From the NCBI GenBank assembly GCA_039630545.1, contig JBCNUU010000005.1, forward strand, positions 32,001 to 96,000: a DNA stretch of 64,000 bases, read 5' to 3'. Positions within the stretch are counted from its first letter, which is position 1, and the number at the start of each line of letters is the position of its first letter. Origin of the DNA: Endomicrobiia bacterium. GTDB lineage: Bacteria > Elusimicrobiota > Endomicrobiia > DTEH01. The notes beneath the pieces were generated by a model. That model was not told the origin of the DNA, made no database searches, and saw nothing but the letters and a program-made list of their open reading frames with translations. The translations under genes and the position numbers were made by a program. This document shows positions 59,335-64,000 of this stretch, in pieces.

Positions 59335-60651
59335 ATGGATAAAAAAGAAATTTTAGAAATAGTAAAGGCAAAAAATATAAAATTTATAGAGATGTGGTTT
59401 ACTGATATTTTAGGAAGAATAAAGACTTTTACAATTACAGTAAATGAACTTCCAGAAGCCCTGGATACAGGGATGGGTTTTGATGGGTCTTCTGTTGAGG
59501 GGTTTGCTAGAATATATGAGTCAGATCTAGTTGCGAAACCAGACCCTGACAGCTTCAAAATTTTGCCATATAAAGAACACACAGCTAAAATGGTGTGTGA
59601 TATATATACTCCGGAAGGAATTCCTTATGAGGGAGATCCCAGATATTGTCTTAAAAAAAATTTAGAGGAACTTAAAAATTTTGGTTTTGATGAGTATTTT
59701 GTTGGTCCGGAGTTAGAATATTTTTATTTTAAATCAAATAAATACCCTGAATTAATAGATACAGCTGGTTATTTTGATTCTATGCCAGGTGAAGATGCTG
59801 GAGATGTTTTAAGAACAAAAACTATAGAATATTTAGAGGCAATGGGTATTCAAGCTGAATATGCTCACCATGAGGTTGCTCCAAGTCAACATGAGATAGA
59901 TCTCAGATATGATTCAGCTTTAAAAATGGCAGATAAGGTTATAGCTTATAAAGTAGTAGTAAAAGAAGTAGCTAGACAAAATGGTCTGTATGCTACTTTT
60001 ATGCCTAAACCAATTACTGGAGTAAATGGTTCTGGGATGCATGTTCATCAAAGTCTTTTTAAAAATGGTAAAAATATGTTTTTTTCTGAAAAAGATAAGT
60101 ATCATTTATCAGATATTGCTAAATACTTTATTGCTGGAATTCTTAAGCATTGTAGAGAAATTTGTATAGTTACAAATCAATGGGTGAATTCATATAAGAG
60201 GTTAGTTCCAGGATATGAAGCACCTGTTTATATATGTTGGGCTAACAAAAACAGGTCTGCTCTTATAAGAGTTCCAGAATATAAACCTGGAAAAGAAAAG
60301 GCAACTAGAATAGAAGTAAGATTTCCAGATCCAGCTTGTAATCCTTATTTAGCATTTGCTGTAATGTTAAGGGCTGGACTTGAAGGAATAAAAAATAAAT
60401 ATCCTTTGCAGGAGCCACTTGAAGTTTCTGCTTATGAAATGGAAGAAATAGAAAGAAAAGCAAGGAAAATTGAAGAATTACCCGGTTCGTTGATAGAGGC
60501 AATAGAAATTGCAGAAGATTCAAAGCTATTAAAAGATACACTTGGGGATCATATATTTTATAAGTTCTTAGAAAACAAAAAAATTGAATGGGATAATTAT
60601 AGAACTAAAGTCACGGATTATGAAATTACACGGTATTTTCATCTTTTATAA
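59335..60651 (+). CDS. glnA: Glutamine synthetase type I
   Basis: FDGSS, GPELE, HHEVAPSQHE, NGSGMH and RIEVRFPD motifs; AGGAGG RBS. Confidence 0.96.
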   Translation: MDKKEILEIVKAKNIKFIEMWFTDILGRIKTFTITVNELPEALDTGMGFDGSSVEGFARIYESDLVAKPDPDSFKILPYKEHTAKMVCDIYTPEGIPYEGDPRYCLKKNLEELKNFGFDEYFVGPELEYFYFKSNKYPELIDTAGYFDSMPGEDAGDVLRTKTIEYLEAMGIQAEYAHHEVAPSQHEIDLRYDSALKMADKVIAYKVVVKEVARQNGLYATFMPKPITGVNGSGMHVHQSLFKNGKNMFFSEKDKYHLSDIAKYFIAGILKHCREICIVTNQWVNSYKRLVPGYEAPVYICWANKNRSALIRVPEYKPGKEKATRIEVRFPDPACNPYLAFAVMLRAGLEGIKNKYPLQEPLEVSAYEMEEIERKARKIEELPGSLIEAIEIAEDSKLLKDTLGDHIFYKFLENKKIEWDNYRTKVTDYEITRYFHLL

Positions 60652-60654
60652 TTT

Positions 60655-61494
60655 ATGAACGATTATTCTCCAAAAATTCTTTCCAATAAACTTATATGCA
60701 GGTACGATAGTATTGAGATTTATGAAATTACTATATTTGCTCCTCTTATTGCAAGACACTACAAACCAGGTCAGTTTGTAATTTTAATGATAAATGAAAA
60801 ATCAGAAAGAATTCCTCTTACAATAGTTAAGATAAAAGATGATTTTATAACTCTTATATATCAAGTTATAGGCTATACCACAAAACTTTTAAGTCAACTT
60901 AAAGAAGGAGATACACTTTATCATATCGTAGGACCTTTGGGAACACCTACAGAGATAAAGCTATACGGTAAAGTAATAATTGTAGCTGGAGGTGTAGGTG
61001 CTGCAGAGGCTTATCCTGTTACTTTAGCTTTTAAAAAAGAAAAAAATTTTGTTAGTGTAATTGTTGGAGCTAAAAATAAATCTCTTATTATTTTAGAAGA
61101 TGATTTTAAAAAAATAGCTGACGAATTTTATGTTACCACTGATGACGGAAGTTATGGAGAAAAAGGGTTTGTAACTGATGTTTTAATAAAAGTTTTAGAA
61201 AGTAAAAAAGATATAAATTTAGTCTACGCTGTAGGCCCTGTAATAATGATGCAGAAAGTATCTGAGATTACAAAGAAATACAATGTAAAGACCTTAGTAT
61301 CTCTTAATACTATAATGGTAGACGGAACAGGAATGTGTGGTTCATGCAGGATTACTTGTGAAAATAAAATAAAATATGTGTGTTTTGATGGACCAGAATT
61401 TGATGCGCACAGCATAGACTGGGATGAGATTTTGTCAAGAAATAATGCTTATTTAGAAAAAGAAAAAGAAATTTTAAGACTACAGTCACTATAA
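60655..61494 (+). CDS. NfnA/SudB-like FAD/[2Fe-2S] electron-transfer subunit
   Basis: PGQFV, ERIPLT, GPLG, GGVG, TDDGSYG and DGTGMCGSCR..C.DGPEFD motifs. Confidence 0.88.
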   Translation: MNDYSPKILSNKLICRYDSIEIYEITIFAPLIARHYKPGQFVILMINEKSERIPLTIVKIKDDFITLIYQVIGYTTKLLSQLKEGDTLYHIVGPLGTPTEIKLYGKVIIVAGGVGAAEAYPVTLAFKKEKNFVSVIVGAKNKSLIILEDDFKKIADEFYVTTDDGSYGEKGFVTDVLIKVLESKKDINLVYAVGPVIMMQKVSEITKKYNVKTLVSLNTIMVDGTGMCGSCRITCENKIKYVCFDGPEFDAHSIDWDEILSRNNAYLEKEKEILRLQSL

Positions 61495-62211
61495 GTTTTC
61501 AAGTTCTTCTGTTTTAATTTCTAATCCTTCTTTTAGAATTCTTCCTTCAAAGATAGGTATTCTATTGTGGATAGATAGTTTTTTTTCTCCGAATAAATAA
61601 AGAGTTTTTTTTACTAATGGTAATTCATATTTTATACCCTGCTGTCTTATTTTGTTAAAGTCATATTCTTCAATTTTAAATCTACAGTAAGTCAACACAG
61701 GACCCCTGTCTAAATCTTCTGTGACTATATGAATCATTACTCCGTGTTCTTTATGTTGTTCTTTGATTATTTTTTCTATAACTTCCTGCCAGGTTCCTTT
61801 TGGTCCCCATGGTAATGCTGGGTGTAAGTTGATAAAATTAAATTTCTTACATAAAAATTCACTTAGAATTAACATATAACCGGCAAGTAATATTATTTCT
61901 ACATTAAAATCTTTTATTAATTCATACACCTTATAGTCGAATTCTTCCCTCCATTTTTCAATGTTATTAAGTTTTAGCTCTGGTTTAAATTTTAAAGAAG
62001 ATAAAGAAAATAAGGGTATATTGTAAGAATTAATAGTAGTAATAAATCTATCTGAATTTTCAGCTTCTCCTGGTTCGCGGTTAATAAATACAAATTTTAT
62101 TTCTAAAGGAAGTTTATTAGATTTTATATCTTCATAAATATAATTGAAAATTTTAAGAGAAGTCGTTCCTCTAGAAGTTGCAAACCATCCGATAGGTAGT
62201 TTTGTGTTCAT
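61489..62211 (-). CDS. purN: Phosphoribosylglycinamide formyltransferase (divergent)
   Basis: LAGYM, INLHPALP and H.VT..LD.GP motifs; follows purM. Confidence 0.8.
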   Translation of the reverse strand: MNTKLPIGWFATSRGTTSLKIFNYIYEDIKSNKLPLEIKFVFINREPGEAENSDRFITTINSYNIPLFSLSSLKFKPELKLNNIEKWREEFDYKVYELIKDFNVEIILLAGYMLILSEFLCKKFNFINLHPALPWGPKGTWQEVIEKIIKEQHKEHGVMIHIVTEDLDRGPVLTYCRFKIEEYDFNKIRQQGIKYELPLVKKTLYLFGEKKLSIHNRIPIFEGRILKEGLEIKTEELENL

Positions 62212-62227
62212 AGATGTTAAAATTTTG

Positions 62228-63196
62228 CTAATCTATTCCTATTATTTTTACAGCAGAAATTTTTGATTCAACTATTTCTCCTATTACCACAGCATCTTTT
62301 GAAAAAAAGTCTAAAACTTTTTTGCATATTTTATTGTCTACTATTATAGCCATTCCTATCCCCATATTAAAAGTCCTGTACATTTCTTTGTCTTGAATAT
62401 TTCCTTTTTGTTGTATTAAATTGAAAATTTTGTATGGTTGCCAGCTTTGTTTAAATATAACAGCTTTACAATTTTTAGGTAAAACCCTTCTTATATTGTC
62501 ATAAAAGCCTCCTCCAGTGATATTTACTATAGCTTTTATTTCTTTGTTTGGGTTAAATTTTTTTAAAAGCTTTTCTATATATTCTACATAAATTTTTGTT
62601 GGAATAAGTAGCTCATTTGCAAGCTTTATTAGTTCCTTTTCTGTGAATATTTTTCTTATCAGAGAATATCCATTCGAATGAATCCCAGAGGAATATAAAC
62701 CAATTATTTTATCTTTTGGTTTTATAAATTTTCCAGTTATTATTTTATCATTTTCAACTATACCACAAGCAAATCCTGCTAAGTCATATTCATGAGGTTT
62801 GTATATTCCGGGCATTTCCGCCGTTTCTCCTCCAAGAAGTTCACAGTTTCCAAGTTTGCATCCTTTTATAATACCGGATACTATTTCTTTTAGAGTTTTA
62901 ATATCTATTTTGCCACAGGCTATATAGTCTAAAAAAAACAAAGGTTTGGCTCCTGATGTGATAATATCGTTCACATTCATGGCTACAAGGTCAATTCCGA
63001 CAGTATCATGTTTTTGTATAAGCTGGGCTATTTTTATTTTTGTCCCTACACCGTCAGTTGTAGCAACAAGACTTCTGTTTTTATCTATCTTATAAAAACC
63101 ACTAAAAAAACCAATTTTAGGATATTTTGTTTTTAACCATTCTACAAATCTATTAGCTTTATCTATATCTACTCCTGCTTTTCTATATGTGATCAT
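62228..63196 (-). CDS. purM: AIR synthetase
   Basis: TY..AGVDI, DGVGTK, GGETAEMP, SSGIHSNGYS and TFNMGIG motifs. Confidence 0.95.
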   Translation of the reverse strand: MITYRKAGVDIDKANRFVEWLKTKYPKIGFFSGFYKIDKNRSLVATTDGVGTKIKIAQLIQKHDTVGIDLVAMNVNDIITSGAKPLFFLDYIACGKIDIKTLKEIVSGIIKGCKLGNCELLGGETAEMPGIYKPHEYDLAGFACGIVENDKIITGKFIKPKDKIIGLYSSGIHSNGYSLIRKIFTEKELIKLANELLIPTKIYVEYIEKLLKKFNPNKEIKAIVNITGGGFYDNIRRVLPKNCKAVIFKQSWQPYKIFNLIQQKGNIQDKEMYRTFNMGIGMAIIVDNKICKKVLDFFSKDAVVIGEIVESKISAVKIIGID

Positions 63197-64000
63197 AAAT
63201 TAGTCCTTTTTTACCTATGTCTGTTCTGTAATATTTATTTTCAAAATAAATTTTTTCTGTAGCTTTATATGAAAGATCTATAGCTTCTTTTAAAGAGTTA
63301 CCAATCCCCACAACATTTAAAACTCTGCCTCCTGAAGTGATAAATTTGTTATCTACCTTTTTAGTGCCTGCATGAAAAATTATTACATTGGGTAATTTCT
63401 CTGCTTCCTCCAGTCCTGAAATTTCTTTTGAGGTTTCATATTCTGCTGGATATCCTTTAGATGCTAAAACTACACAACAAGCATATTTTTTTTCAAATTC
63501 TAAGTTTACTTTTGACAGTTTTTTTTCGATCGTAAAAATTATTATCTCTAGAAGATCATTTTTTAGAAGAGGTAAAATTACCTGTGTTTCGGGATCACCA
63601 AACCGGCAGTTGAATTCTAATACATATGGTTGAGGTTCTTTAGAATTAACATTTTCTATCATTAGTCCAAAATATATCACTCCACAGTATCCTAAATTTG
63701 AGTCTTTTATTCCGTAAAGAAAATTTTTCATTATTTGGTTATAAATTTTTTCCTCTAATTGTTTAGAGACAAAAGGCACAGGTGAATAAGCTCCCATTCC
63801 TCCTGTATTAGGTCCTTTATCACCATCATAGATTTGTTTGTGATCTTGAGAGTGTGTAAGTGGTAGTATCGTTTCTCCATCACAAAAAGCTATTACAGAG
63901 ATTTCAATTCCTTTTAACTTTTTTTCTATTACTACTTTTTCTCCTGCAGCATCAAAAATTTTTTTAACCATCATTTGATATACTGCATTTTCTGCTTCTT
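63183..64000 (-). CDS. purD: Phosphoribosylamine-glycine ligase, 5' end outside the window
   Basis: QDHK..DGDKGPNTGGMG, EFNCRFGDPE, FHAGT and GGRVL motifs. Confidence 0.95.
   Translation of the reverse strand, partial: EAENAVYQMMVKKIFDAAGEKVVIEKKLKGIEISVIAFCDGETILPLTHSQDHKQIYDGDKGPNTGGMGAYSPVPFVSKQLEEKIYNQIMKNFLYGIKDSNLGYCGVIYFGLMIENVNSKEPQPYVLEFNCRFGDPETQVILPLLKNDLLEIIIFTIEKKLSKVNLEFEKKYACCVVLASKGYPAEYETSKEISGLEEAEKLPNVIIFHAGTKKVDNKFITSGGRVLNVVGIGNSLKEAIDLSYKATEKIYFENKYYRTDIGKKGLIYDHI

Noticed and set aside
669..63633. Many short ORFs antisense to or nested within real genes (for example 669-1148, 20144-20512, 45958-46308)
   Set aside because: Shadow ORFs opposite well-supported genes, with no recognisable motifs.

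Overview
Very AT-rich, gene-dense bacterial chromosomal segment with nearly all genes on the minus strand. It looks like an anaerobic diderm; the gene mix suggests Elusimicrobiota, but that is inference only. Bases 1-15.4 kb hold a Wood-Ljungdahl (WLP) cluster: acsE, fhs, acsB, rnfC2, metV, metF, fchA, folD and a partial acsD, with a purine permease, a cupin and a CDF exporter interleaved. Between the intact fhs and acsB lies about 2.3 kb of decayed DNA. It contains the remains of the CO dehydrogenase gene (cooS/acsA), its Ni chaperone cooC, a probable 4Fe-4S membrane protein and an AmrS-type radical SAM enzyme. A second cooC/acsF at 17.9 kb is intact. The locus therefore looks like a WLP that has lost its CODH module while keeping ACS and the methyl branch. 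The rest is mostly housekeeping: trpB2, argG, accD, purB/D/M/N, ispDEF, dapB, grpE-dnaK, alaS, cysS, rlmB, glnA and tRNA-Arg(CCG). It also contains a Bat operon without an adjacent moxR, a CHASE2 adenylate cyclase, larA and two radical SAM genes. Other oddities are a 93-bp exact repeat shared by metV and rnfC2, an unannotated 45-aa very basic ORF with a strong RBS, and an archaeal-style DnaK. I found no CRISPR array, rRNA or mobile element. All calls come from motif recognition by eye; no searches were run.
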